From SAR202 cluster bacterium AC-409-J13_OGT_754m (GTDB lineage: Bacteria > Chloroflexota > Dehalococcoidia > Lucifugimonadales > GCA-2712585): 64,000 nucleotides of DNA. Where the stretch lies: positions 18,809 to 82,808 of the forward strand of contig VEXD01000001.1 of NCBI GenBank assembly GCA_009391235.1, read 5' to 3'. Shown in pieces: positions 28,701 through 37,679 of this stretch (positions are counted from its first letter, which is position 1; the number at the start of each line of letters is the position of its first letter). The position numbers were made by a program, and so were the translations under genes. Under the pieces are notes generated by a model, which searched no databases, was not told where the DNA came from, and saw only the letters and a list, made by a program, of their open reading frames with translations.

Positions 28701-29264
28701 ATATCAGCTGTAGGTTTTAATATGTATACCCGATTGCTAAATCAAGTCTTGGATAATCTTAGGCATAATTCTGATGAATTATCTGATAAATCTACGTTAG
28801 AGTCACCTGAAGTCCTTGTAGATCTACCCATACCAGCGTATATCCCCGATACCTACATAGCACACTTGCCAAATAGACTGGATATATACCAAAGGATGAC
28901 CAAAATTGAAAACAAAGCAATGATAAAAGACATGAAAAACGAGTTAAGAGATCGATTCGGGTCTATACCAAAACCCGTTCAACATTTGTTATATATTATT
29001 TCCCTGAGGTGTGCAGCAAAAAATGCAGGTGTCAAATCTATATCTCAATCAAACAACACAATTACAATAAATATGGATAAACCTATAGGGGGTGCCCGAT
29101 TTGCATTACAGAAAAAACTAGATGAATGGGCAAATGTTGGCAACCGTCAAATCAAATTAAATCCATATATATTATCTACTGATTGGCAAAAGTCCGTTTT
29201 AATCACCATAAATCGGATAGCAGATTTTCAGCGTTGGATAAATCACTTGCCAACAAAAATCTAG
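25776..29264 (+). CDS. mfd: Transcription-repair coupling factor Mfd
   Basis: 1162 aa. UvrB-homology N-terminus, CarD/TRCF domain, superfamily-2 helicase motifs (GDVGYGKTE, DEEQRFG, LSATPIPRT, QLRGRVGR) and a TRCF C-terminal domain. Confidence 0.95.
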   Translation: MRLAGLFPHILTHPKHTRMFRNLMSSKSATSSTTLGGKPILMSALQEELNKPILLITPTSEKAYQVYNQIICYSGNDSNILFLPDLDMPVFEHLTIDSFTNNQRLKALDAITNPSTENPPLIVASLSAVMRKTMSYDKFRASSYQIRVGEKVTISELTSWWSSIGYKNEPLVEIPGSFSRRGGIIDIFPPNSSLPARLDMIGNEIESIHLFEPLTQRSVENIDTIRIIPALEILPIHTDAIRINTALANLNFNNCSLQIKQQIYDEVSELFVAASQENISFYEGLINHSSLIQMTNRDFVIALDEKSDLIIESSTIHERLEQIMHQRITNGELPDGFPVPYISWQEFKESLSNKTILTLSEHESPDDVTGFHQPKSFFGQLNNLTLELKSMRNQDTAVILVTRHSQRTAQILSEADLGSSIKLELDLIPKANSITIVPGSLENGWSLDSENIKLQLLTDSEIFGSLKIPRRIRKQPVINKTFLSQLEIGCYVVHEDHGIARFSGTASMDTTGENREYLVLDYAENDKLYLPTDHLDRITPYIASDDRTPSLTRLSTMEWSRAKERVKSSAQDIAKELLELYANRQLARGHAFSEDTPWQQEVEDAFPFEETPDQIKAIEQIKFEMEQNRPMDRLVCGDVGYGKTEIALRAAFKAVSDGMQVAILVPTTILAQQHYETFSNRLNPYPIKIEVLSRFGKSAQQKKIIDAMKKGTVDIAIGTHRLIQKDVQFKNLGLVIVDEEQRFGVTHKEKLKLMRNQVDVLALSATPIPRTLYMALSGIRDMSTIETPPDERLPIKTFVGQSSESIIREAILRELGRGGQVFFVHNRIRTINRLARQLSELIPEAQIAVAHGRMDEGELESIMMDFNGGRTNVLLCTTIIEAGLDIPNANTLIVDRADQFGLSQLYQLRGRVGRSEVRAYCYLLLPSNQRISPRAEQRLRAILEASELGSGFRLAMRDLEIRGAGNILGAEQSGHISAVGFNMYTRLLNQVLDNLRHNSDELSDKSTLESPEVLVDLPIPAYIPDTYIAHLPNRLDIYQRMTKIENKAMIKDMKNELRDRFGSIPKPVQHLLYIISLRCAAKNAGVKSISQSNNTITINMDKPIGGARFALQKKLDEWANVGNRQIKLNPYILSTDWQKSVLITINRIADFQRWINHLPTKI

Positions 29265-29974
29265 GAGCATGGCCACTTGTAAATCAGACCTGGAACTTCT
29301 GTCAAGCTCTTTATTTTTGTGCAATCAACAATATCAGAATGTTGTTCTTGTCGGTCTATTAGAACGGGGAGCATGTTCATATTGCGAGCCCCTTCTACGT
29401 CAGAATGGTACTGGTCACCTATATAAACAGCCTGCACTGGAGTTACACCACTTAGTTTTAATGCAGCCGCAAATATGACAGGAGACGGTTTTTCCGCACC
29501 TACATCTTGCGAAGTTACACAAAAATTCACATAGGATTGGAGACCCAGTTCTTTCATTATAGAATTCATTTTAAGATTAATATTCGATATAATTCCTACA
29601 ATGTAATTTTTAGCTTTTAATTCCTCTAAGCATGTTAAAACATCATCAAAAAGCTTAAATCGTTTGGGATTCATGCTAATTAGTTTCCATATAGATCTAG
29701 CTTTCTCGAGATCTACTCCTACCCCAGCACCTCGCAAAATAATTTGTTCATATCGGGCGAAAAAGTCGGATAATTCACTTGATGATCGTCTAGAAAGTGC
29801 TAATCTCGAGTTTTCAAGATTAAAAAAGGTATCGGCCAAAACATACCCGTTACCTATCCCGTCCTTAGAAACCTTTATGCCAAATTTATCACATGCGGAG
29901 ATTTGAATATCCTCTACAAGTGGCCAAAAGTAGGCCAAAGTATTATAGAAATCAAAAAATACAGCTTTGACCAC
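29261..29974 (-). CDS. HAD-superfamily hydrolase, subfamily IA with a DxYxT variant motif I
   Basis: 237 aa. FFDFYNTLAY (motif I with Tyr in place of the second Asp, as in 2-haloacid-dehalogenase-like members), ISN (motif II), GDQYHSDVEGA (motif IV). GTG start with AGGAGG 10 nt upstream. Confidence 0.8.
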   Translation of the reverse strand: MVKAVFFDFYNTLAYFWPLVEDIQISACDKFGIKVSKDGIGNGYVLADTFFNLENSRLALSRRSSSELSDFFARYEQIILRGAGVGVDLEKARSIWKLISMNPKRFKLFDDVLTCLEELKAKNYIVGIISNINLKMNSIMKELGLQSYVNFCVTSQDVGAEKPSPVIFAAALKLSGVTPVQAVYIGDQYHSDVEGARNMNMLPVLIDRQEQHSDIVDCTKIKSLTEVPGLIYKWPCS

Positions 29975-30074
29975 TATAAAAGTTCCTCCTATTCTAATCC
30001 GCGTGCCACAGTAAATAAACGTAACTTAAAAAAGCTATTCAACAATCCAATCCAATCCATTCATTTCATCGCCT

Positions 30075-30782
30075 TTAAATAGGAAACGTTACTTTTCTAA
30101 ATTCCTCTGCATATTTAAATCCACATTTTAGTCCAATCTCTCTATTCCAATTTCTAAGCCAGTCTGTAGAATCAGATTCTGAGAGGCCCGAAATCTGACT
30201 GCTGTGACAAATTAACGCTTGAATTTTAAGATCGATACTCTCAGTTATATCAAAGTAAGTATCAGCATCAACTTCTTCGGCTCCCCAAAATAGCAAGGTT
30301 TTAACTTTGTGTGGTTCAAACCCTTCTTGCTCATGTTCAGCAAAATGCAATCTGTCACGAGCATAGGGGAAAACCGCATCTTGTGCGACTATACCAGCAA
30401 TACGGTGATCTCTATGGAAATAGAAAGTTCTTCTGTAGGGGTCAGGAGCAAAAACGACCTCAGGTCTGAAGGACCGTATTACCCGAACTAGTTGTCCTCT
30501 AAATTCACGACTATCTTCCAATTCACCATCTGGATGGCCTAATTGAAATACTGTCTCTACCCCTAGAGTCTTGGCCGCTAAAACCTGTTCCTTGTAGCGA
30601 ATATCCTCGAGATCGGCTGTAGTCATAGATGGGTCATCAGTACCCTTATTACCATTGGTGCATAAAACGTATGCGATCTCAGTTCCATTCTGTGCCCATT
30701 TAGCAATAGTACCTCCACAAGCTATTTCCCCGTCATCTGGATGAGGTATTACTACCAAGGCCCTGCTAGGAATTTCTTGCAT
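30075..30782 (-). CDS. PIG-L/LmbE-family N-acetylglucosaminyl deacetylase (MshB/BshB-like)
   Basis: 235 aa. VIPHPDDGEIACGGTIA (zinc site), HRDH, CHSSQ. Confidence 0.85.
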   Translation of the reverse strand: MQEIPSRALVVIPHPDDGEIACGGTIAKWAQNGTEIAYVLCTNGNKGTDDPSMTTADLEDIRYKEQVLAAKTLGVETVFQLGHPDGELEDSREFRGQLVRVIRSFRPEVVFAPDPYRRTFYFHRDHRIAGIVAQDAVFPYARDRLHFAEHEQEGFEPHKVKTLLFWGAEEVDADTYFDITESIDLKIQALICHSSQISGLSESDSTDWLRNWNREIGLKCGFKYAEEFRKVTFPI

Positions 30783-30956
30783 CGATATCCTCCATAATAT
30801 AGGGTTGTTGAAGGTTTTTCACTCTGCTACAATCCGGGCTGCGTGTCAAGTTATACATATCCAAAACTCGATGATTGAACGAAGCCTAGGCCGCAAAATC
30901 TAAACCGTTTTCCAATAAATACCCTAAAATGATTAAAAATCGGCCAATCTATTAAG

Positions 30957-31883
30957 TTGCAATATTCAGTGAAGAGATCAGGGCTTTCAATAAGAACTTT
31001 CCAGTGGGATGATATCAGAGCATTCGTTAGCTTGGATCGTTCTATCCGATTATCTAAAGGTGAAATTGCCCCTACAAACCCGGAAATAATTACGGAAATC
31101 CTGGGACAACCTCAGATAAATCCTGAAAAGAATTGTTTCGTCTTAGAGATAAATCATGAAGTAGTCGGCTATGGGATTCTTCACCATGAATCACCGATAA
31201 ATAGATGTGTGTTAGAGCTTAAAGTCCATCCAAAATATGCCAATACCGGAGCCGAACAGAAACTGATAGAGAACGCCATTTTTGAATCCAAAATCCTTCA
31301 TGCTAAAGTATTACATTTACAGACAGGCAAGACTGGGTACCTGACCTCCCTTTTAAAAAGGATGGGTTTCAGTCCAATCCGTAAATATTGGCTCATGCAG
31401 TGGAAATCCACAAAGTTGCAAGAGCACTATCCACCAGATGGTTTTTTCTTCAGACATTTATCAGAAAGCAAAGATATTGATTCATTGACACTCCTTCAAA
31501 ATAAAGCCTTCGATGGAAGTTGGGGGTTTTCTCCAAACACCAGAGAAGAAATTCAATACAGAACCAGAATGAGCAACACCAAACCCGGTGGAATAATTTT
31601 TATGTGCTCTGAACAAGACGTATGCGGGTATTGCTGGACTTTTATAATTAATAATGGGAAATCATGGACTGGAACAATAGCCATGATAGGCATAGATCCG
31701 AATCATCGTAGCAAAGGTCTTGGTAAGCCTCTTTTGTTAGAGGGATTAAAGTTTCTGCATTCCAGAGGAGTAAAATATGTAGAGCTAGAAGTAGACTCTC
31801 AAAACCAACCAGCTATACGTCTATATAGTTCTTTAGGATTTAAAACAATTGCCGAACGTCATTGGTTTGAGATTAGTTTTTAG
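30957..31883 (+). CDS. Tandem double-GNAT N-acetyltransferase (MshD/mycothiol-synthase-like architecture)
   Basis: 308 aa comprising two acetyltransferase folds. The C-terminal domain has an acetyl-CoA site (HRSKGLGKPLL) and ends VELEVDSQNQPAIRLYSSLGF. Start uncertain (TTG 30957 or GTG 30969; no clear SD). Confidence 0.75.
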   Translation: MQYSVKRSGLSIRTFQWDDIRAFVSLDRSIRLSKGEIAPTNPEIITEILGQPQINPEKNCFVLEINHEVVGYGILHHESPINRCVLELKVHPKYANTGAEQKLIENAIFESKILHAKVLHLQTGKTGYLTSLLKRMGFSPIRKYWLMQWKSTKLQEHYPPDGFFFRHLSESKDIDSLTLLQNKAFDGSWGFSPNTREEIQYRTRMSNTKPGGIIFMCSEQDVCGYCWTFIINNGKSWTGTIAMIGIDPNHRSKGLGKPLLLEGLKFLHSRGVKYVELEVDSQNQPAIRLYSSLGFKTIAERHWFEISF

Positions 31884-32520
31884 AACTCCACTTTTTATCA
31901 ATCGTAAACTCAAGGATCTTGGACGGGGTTAATACCCCTCCTGATATTACCATTTTCATAGCATCATCCACTGTTAAATCTGTGAACGTCACATCCGCTT
32001 TCGGAACCAGTGCAAGAAAGCCGGAAGTAGGCACAGGAGATGTAGGTATATAAACTGTTACCATGTCATTATCCATGGTGTCACTATATTGAGATGTCAT
32101 AAATCCTACAGATTTTACACCCACCTTAGGGAATTCTAATAGCACTACGCGAGTAAAATCCTCACCGAATTTTGCGACACTTAAAGATTCAATAGTGTTT
32201 CTAGCGACCTTATATATAGAACGTACAAAAGGTATGAAATCAACTAATCGATTACCAAAGTTTATGATATTTCTACCTATGACATGACGAGCCACTAAAC
32301 CAGAAAAATAAAGAATTACGATAAAACTAAAGATACCAATTCCTGGTATCCATGTACCAAAAACGGTATTTATAATTTCCCGTAGTGGTTCATCAATAAG
32401 GTCAAATAAAAACTTTAGAACTAAATAAGTAGTGCCCAAAGGCAAGATTATTAGTAAGCCTGCTAAAAATCTGCCTTTAAAATGATTGCCTAATCTAACA
32501 AACAATTTATGCATAAACAA
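31873..32520 (-). CDS. DUF502-family membrane protein
   Basis: 215 aa. Two N-terminal TM helices, IPGIG, FIPFVRSIYKVARN and VLLEFPKVG segments typical of DUF502/COG2928 (recalled). Confidence 0.7.
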   Translation of the reverse strand: MFMHKLFVRLGNHFKGRFLAGLLIILPLGTTYLVLKFLFDLIDEPLREIINTVFGTWIPGIGIFSFIVILYFSGLVARHVIGRNIINFGNRLVDFIPFVRSIYKVARNTIESLSVAKFGEDFTRVVLLEFPKVGVKSVGFMTSQYSDTMDNDMVTVYIPTSPVPTSGFLALVPKADVTFTDLTVDDAMKMVISGGVLTPSKILEFTIDKKWSSKN

Positions 32521-32529
32521 AATCTTGAG

Positions 32530-33744
32530 TTACCTAGAATTAAGCCCTGCTAATGACTGATAAAGAGACCATATTTTTATTGCAACCTTATCCCAACCCA
32601 TAGTACTAGCTCTCTCTACAGCGGCCTCACTCATACTCTTTCGAAGACTTCCATTAGAAAAGACCATGGAAATAGTATCGATAAATCTCTCTGGGCATCT
32701 CCAAGGAAGCAGATATCCAGTTTGACCATGTCTAATTACCGTGGGCAGACCTCCAACTCTGGAAGCAACTACAGGAGTTCCGCATGCCATAGATTCTAAG
32801 GCTACCAAACCAAAACTTTCATAATAAGAAGGTATTACGCAAATATCTGCAGCGGCAAAATATTCAGGAAGTTTTGTTTGTTCTACTCTACCAACAAATG
32901 TGACTATATCCGATAATCCCATTCTATTTGAAAGCAATATGAGTCTATTTACTTCCTCCTCTTGAACAGCATCTCCTCCGACTATCAAAACCTTGTATTT
33001 ATAACATACGTCCATTGAGGCAGCTACATCCAGTAACAATTCGACTCCTTTCAGAGGCTCAATTCGTCCTACATACAACATAATCTTATCACCATTAAGA
33101 CCTAAATGGTTTCTTGCTGTCACCATATCCAAAGGTCTAAATTTAGAAAGATCTACTCCACAAGGAATCGCTGTAATTCGATCACGGCTAGCACCATACA
33201 ACTGAACCATCATTTCAAGTTCATGAACACTTGATGCAATAATAGTGTCTGCTGCACTCATAATATATCTTTCCGAATCAGTACGTACCTGTGATTCCCC
33301 CTCTCCAATCCTGGCTCTTCGTTTCAATTCAGAAAGAGTATGAAATGTAACTAAATGGGGAACGCTCCATATTTCACTTAAATAATTCCCCACCAAACCA
33401 GAAAGCCAATAATGTGAATGAATTAACAAATATTCAGTCTTCTCGGCTATTTGAAATCTAACAATATTTCCACCAAATTCAGACGTGAACTGATAAAGGT
33501 CCCCTATCTCATGAGTCAGAGGACCTCCATCCAAGTGGACAACTCTGACTTTATCACTGACCCATTCGATATCTTGACATGATCCCAAATGCCGTCTGGC
33601 AAAAATATCTACTTGTAAACCCAAAACTCCAAGCTGTCGTGATAACTCTTTTACGTATACGTTCATTCCACCTGTTTTGCCAGATCCGGGAGTCTGAATC
33701 GGGCACGTATGAAATGTAACCATAGATATCCGGTAATCTTTCAT
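32530..33744 (-). CDS. GT4 glycosyltransferase, MshA-like (D-inositol-3-phosphate GlcNAc-transferase-like)
   Basis: 404 aa. ISMVTFHTCPIQTPGSGKTGGMNVYV, LIHSHYWLSGLVG, VGRIEPLKG and AADICVIPSYYESFGLVALESMACGTPVVASRVGGLP match, block for block, my recollection of actinobacterial MshA. Confidence 0.75.
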   Translation of the reverse strand: MKDYRISMVTFHTCPIQTPGSGKTGGMNVYVKELSRQLGVLGLQVDIFARRHLGSCQDIEWVSDKVRVVHLDGGPLTHEIGDLYQFTSEFGGNIVRFQIAEKTEYLLIHSHYWLSGLVGNYLSEIWSVPHLVTFHTLSELKRRARIGEGESQVRTDSERYIMSAADTIIASSVHELEMMVQLYGASRDRITAIPCGVDLSKFRPLDMVTARNHLGLNGDKIMLYVGRIEPLKGVELLLDVAASMDVCYKYKVLIVGGDAVQEEEVNRLILLSNRMGLSDIVTFVGRVEQTKLPEYFAAADICVIPSYYESFGLVALESMACGTPVVASRVGGLPTVIRHGQTGYLLPWRCPERFIDTISMVFSNGSLRKSMSEAAVERASTMGWDKVAIKIWSLYQSLAGLNSR

Positions 33745-34721
33745 GGTCTAGTTATCACCATATTAAATAAATGTTGGTCTACTCCACCAAGATGATATTT
33801 ATATGGTTCATCACCACGTAGAAAGTCGTAGTAAGTCTTGTTGTCTTCTATAGCGCTCTTTAAACTCAGAGCCTTCAACAACAACCCTACGCTATAGTAT
33901 CCATATTCTGGATTAAAACCACTATTATACAAAAATCGCTTGGAATCATAATCGAAACAAAGAGCCGAAGCTACTCGTTCTCCTTCAATCTCCATGAAAA
34001 ATAATTTCACAAGACCTATCCCGCCCAAATTTTTACCAATAGACCTAAAAAACCTTTCCCTTTCGGGGGTCAGGAATTTGTACTTCGTATCCTTGCTCAT
34101 TTTCAATAACCTAAAAAAATGGTCCATCCCATCCTCTATATCCCGTAAGTCATCTATTGAGTACCATCGAATCGATTCTTGCGATTCCAATCTCCGAAGT
34201 TTGCGTTTCAATTCATGCCTATGTTTCTTAGATAAACTAGAAAGATATTCATCCCAGTTGACTGGCAGAACCGCACCAGGGCTAACATCCTGCAATCTAA
34301 TTTCAACGTCATACCCCTTATCCTTGGCCAATTCTGGGAATAACTCCAGTGTTGGTGAACCATCTGTCAGAGAATACAAAATTAGATTATTCCATTCGCA
34401 ATTTTCCAAGTAATCAAGTAAAGCAGTATAAAATGCGAATTCATTCCCTTCTGATATCAGGAAATCATTATGATCACAGAGATCTTGATCACCAACTAAA
34501 GTTAAATCCCCATTTTCATATCGTAACGAAGCTATCCCAATAATTTGCTGACCTGACTCAATTTCCAAAATAGACAATCCCTGTTTCGCGCCAAATTCTT
34601 GCCACCAACTAGACTGCCATTGGTATGTAAGAAATGGACTTTTAATTTTACTCAATGACAAAACTGCATCCCAATTATGAACAATATCGTCAAACGAATT
34701 TAAACAATTAACAGATACCAT
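33741..34721 (-). CDS. CelD/BioF2/FemAB-like GNAT (Acetyltransf_6) family protein
   Basis: 326 aa. SPFLTYQWQSSWWQEFG N-terminus and C-terminal YYDFLRGDEPYKYHLGG, both typical of the family. Its stop overlaps the start of the MshA-like gene by 4 nt. Confidence 0.7.
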   Translation of the reverse strand: MVSVNCLNSFDDIVHNWDAVLSLSKIKSPFLTYQWQSSWWQEFGAKQGLSILEIESGQQIIGIASLRYENGDLTLVGDQDLCDHNDFLISEGNEFAFYTALLDYLENCEWNNLILYSLTDGSPTLELFPELAKDKGYDVEIRLQDVSPGAVLPVNWDEYLSSLSKKHRHELKRKLRRLESQESIRWYSIDDLRDIEDGMDHFFRLLKMSKDTKYKFLTPERERFFRSIGKNLGGIGLVKLFFMEIEGERVASALCFDYDSKRFLYNSGFNPEYGYYSVGLLLKALSLKSAIEDNKTYYDFLRGDEPYKYHLGGVDQHLFNMVITRP

Positions 34722-34723
34722 TT

Positions 34724-35287
34724 TTAGCCCCTATAGACCAAGCCCATAAAATCTGTATAGCTTATTTGCCCATTAGTAAATGGGCCCCGTGAAGTTGATG
34801 TCATAATCCGGGTACCGGGCTTGTTAACACCTCGCATAGCCATACACAAATGTTCCGCTTCAATTACAACGATCACACCGTCAGCATTAAGTGCCCTATA
34901 AATCGCCTCAGCTAATTCATTTGTTAGTCTTTCTTGAATCTGCAACCGTCTCGATAATATTTCCAAAGCTCTTATCAATTTACTTACTCCTGCCACCTTT
35001 CCATTGGGTATATAACCCATATGTGCGACACCATAGAATGGCAAAAGGTGATGCTCACAAAAAGAATAAAATGGCGTATCTTTTAATATAACAGTACCTC
35101 CCATTTTTTCCTGAGTGAATATGGTAGTGAAGGCCTCTAATGGGTCCAACCCAACGCCAGAAAACAATTCACTATAGGATCTAGATACCCTGTCAGGTGT
35201 GTCCAACAATCCTTCTCGCTTTGGATCATCTCCTATAGCTTTGAGAATGGAAATTATACTCTCGCGTATACTGTCGCCATCAACCAT
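34724..35287 (-). CDS. folE: GTP cyclohydrolase I
   Basis: 187 aa. [14 protein letters not shown] and HLCMAMRGV signatures. Confidence 0.95.
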   Translation of the reverse strand: MVDGDSIRESIISILKAIGDDPKREGLLDTPDRVSRSYSELFSGVGLDPLEAFTTIFTQEKMGGTVILKDTPFYSFCEHHLLPFYGVAHMGYIPNGKVAGVSKLIRALEILSRRLQIQERLTNELAEAIYRALNADGVIVVIEAEHLCMAMRGVNKPGTRIMTSTSRGPFTNGQISYTDFMGLVYRG

Positions 35288-36371
35288 TACTAACTCCTGA
35301 TCGTAAAGTGTAATTTAATAGTGCAGTTTCTACTTCTTCAAAAGTTGTTCCAACTTCAACTAAATCGGGCCAAATCAAGCTGCTAGGCAGCTCAGGATCT
35401 TTAAGTCCTAACCCTGTGATAACACATACCAACCGTTTCCCCTTAAATTGCATTCCCAAACTACGGAGTTTTATTAACCCTGCAACACTGGCAGCAGAAG
35501 CTGGCTCACAAAATAGCCCCTCCTTTGAAGCCATAATCCGATATGCTGATATTATCTCTTCATCATCCACTGAGTCTATAATTCCACCTGATTCGTCCCG
35601 TACTTTAGTTGCACTATCCCAATTAGCCGGATTACCTATACGAATAGCCGAGGCAACCGTAGTTGGATTCTCAACGCGATGATTCAAAACAATTGGTGCT
35701 GCCCCCTTGGCCTGAAATCCCATCATTATTGGTAAGGAATTGGAATACCCGGCATTGCGATATTCGATAAATCCTTTCCAATAGGCCGTTATATTACCTG
35801 CATTGCCGACAGGAATCGACAGAATATCTGGAGCTTCTCCTAATTCATCTATTATTTCAAATGCGGCCGTTTTCTGGCCTTCTAATCTATATGGATTCAG
35901 CGAATTCACCAGAGTGAGCGGATGTTTTTCTACCAAAGAGTTCACTAATCCAAGAGCACTGTCAAAATTACCATCAATCATAATTATATTAGCACCATGA
36001 ACCTTCGCTTGGATCAATTTCCCCTCAGCAACGTTACCTTTCGGTACCAGAACTACAGTCGGTAATCCAAAACGGGCACCGTAAGCAGCAGCAGATGCAC
36101 TCGTATTACCAGTAGAAGCACATATGATTCCAGTACTTGAATTCTCAATAGCCTTAGCTACAGCTAAAACCATTCCACGATCCTTAAATGAACCTGTGGG
36201 ATTAGAACCCTCCAATTTAAAATAAACTTCCGAACAATCGAGGATTTTGGCCAACGCTCGTGACCGCACTAGAGGAGTGGATCCCTCTCCTAAAGAAATT
36301 ATTGGAGTTGCCGTCCCTATAGGTAGATGATTACCATATCGTTGTAGTACGCCGTGATTCATGTTTCTCAA
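35280..36371 (-). CDS. thrC: Threonine synthase
   Basis: 363 aa. [14 protein letters not shown] (PLP-lysine motif). Downstream of hom. Confidence 0.95.
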   Translation of the reverse strand: MRNMNHGVLQRYGNHLPIGTATPIISLGEGSTPLVRSRALAKILDCSEVYFKLEGSNPTGSFKDRGMVLAVAKAIENSSTGIICASTGNTSASAAAYGARFGLPTVVLVPKGNVAEGKLIQAKVHGANIIMIDGNFDSALGLVNSLVEKHPLTLVNSLNPYRLEGQKTAAFEIIDELGEAPDILSIPVGNAGNITAYWKGFIEYRNAGYSNSLPIMMGFQAKGAAPIVLNHRVENPTTVASAIRIGNPANWDSATKVRDESGGIIDSVDDEEIISAYRIMASKEGLFCEPASAASVAGLIKLRSLGMQFKGKRLVCVITGLGLKDPELPSSLIWPDLVEVGTTFEEVETALLNYTLRSGVSNG

Positions 36372-36374
36372 AAC

Positions 36375-37679
36375 CTATGCAAGAATTTCTTCTATTCGAA
36401 TTACATTATTTACTTTTGTAACTGTATCCAATTTTTCCAGTAAAGATAGTGAACGTTGTACAGATTCCTCTTTAGAAATATGAGTAGTTATAACGATCTC
36501 AGCAGTTCCTGTAGATGGATCAGAATCTTTTTGTATTACAGATGCTATACTAATATCTAGATCCCCTAGAATCTTAGTGATCTGAGCCAATACTCCGGCT
36601 CTATCAGATATATTAAGACGAAAGTAATATAGAGTTTTCAATTCATTCATAGGAATAATTTTAGGGGATTGTTCTAATTCAATAAATTTTACCGGATAAC
36701 TTTGAGTAGCAATTCTACGTCCGATCTCAAGAATATCACCCAAAACTGCGCTGGTGCTAGGACCCTGCCCAGCTCCTAATCCATGAAACAATGTGCGTTC
36801 CAGAAGGTTACCCTCTAACTCAACCGCATTAAATGCACCTACGACTTTAGCTAACATGTGGTTATCCGGAATAAGAGCTGGATGAACACGCACCTGTATT
36901 TCTTTCATTTCACATTTAGCGATGGCCAGCAATTTGATAGCATATCCTAATTCTCGAGCATATTGAAAATCCTTAGCTTCCAAAGTTGAAATTCCTTCCG
37001 TATAAACCTGAGAAGGATCAATCTTGGATTGAAACGCCAATGTGGCCAATATAGCCAATTTGTAGGAAGCATCTATACCTTCAACATCGTTATGGGGGTT
37101 CGCTTCGGCATAACCTAAACTCTGTGCCAATTGTAAGGCGCGTGCCCCGTCCATATTTTGTTCAGCCATTGCGGTCAAAATAAAATTGCTGGTGCCATTT
37201 ATAATGGCACGTATTGTGTCAATGCGATTAGCACTAAGATCTCTAGTTAAGGCTGAAATTATCGGAATTGAACCTCCCACCGAACCTTCGAAAAGAAGAT
37301 TTACTTTAGTATCTTCGGCTAAAGCTAATAATTCCTGACCATGTTTTGCTATTAATTCCTTATTAGCTGTAACAACATGTTTCGCTTTTGAAAGTGCTAG
37401 TTGTACATATTTTTTAGCTGGAGTTTCACCACCGATCAGCTCTACGATAAGATTCACATTGGGGTCATCAATTACGTCTGTCCAGTTAGTCGTCAGCAAA
37501 TCCGAATCCACGTCCACAAAGCGTGACTTATGGATGTCCCTAACTAATACTTTGCGTAACTCTAGATTAATCCCTGCTCTTTCTGAAAGCAGTTCCTTGT
37601 TTTTGATGAGCTCCTGGGCAACACCACTCCCGACATTCCCGAGCCCTAAAAGCCCTATACCAAGAGATCCGGAGTTCAT
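36375..37679 (-). CDS. hom: Homoserine dehydrogenase with C-terminal ACT domain
   Basis: 434 aa. GLLGLGNVGSGV Rossmann motif, a catalytic domain, and an ACT-like tail (YYFRLNISDRAGVLAQITKILG). Confidence 0.95.
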   Translation of the reverse strand: MNSGSLGIGLLGLGNVGSGVAQELIKNKELLSERAGINLELRKVLVRDIHKSRFVDVDSDLLTTNWTDVIDDPNVNLIVELIGGETPAKKYVQLALSKAKHVVTANKELIAKHGQELLALAEDTKVNLLFEGSVGGSIPIISALTRDLSANRIDTIRAIINGTSNFILTAMAEQNMDGARALQLAQSLGYAEANPHNDVEGIDASYKLAILATLAFQSKIDPSQVYTEGISTLEAKDFQYARELGYAIKLLAIAKCEMKEIQVRVHPALIPDNHMLAKVVGAFNAVELEGNLLERTLFHGLGAGQGPSTSAVLGDILEIGRRIATQSYPVKFIELEQSPKIIPMNELKTLYYFRLNISDRAGVLAQITKILGDLDISIASVIQKDSDPSTGTAEIVITTHISKEESVQRSLSLLEKLDTVTKVNNVIRIEEILA

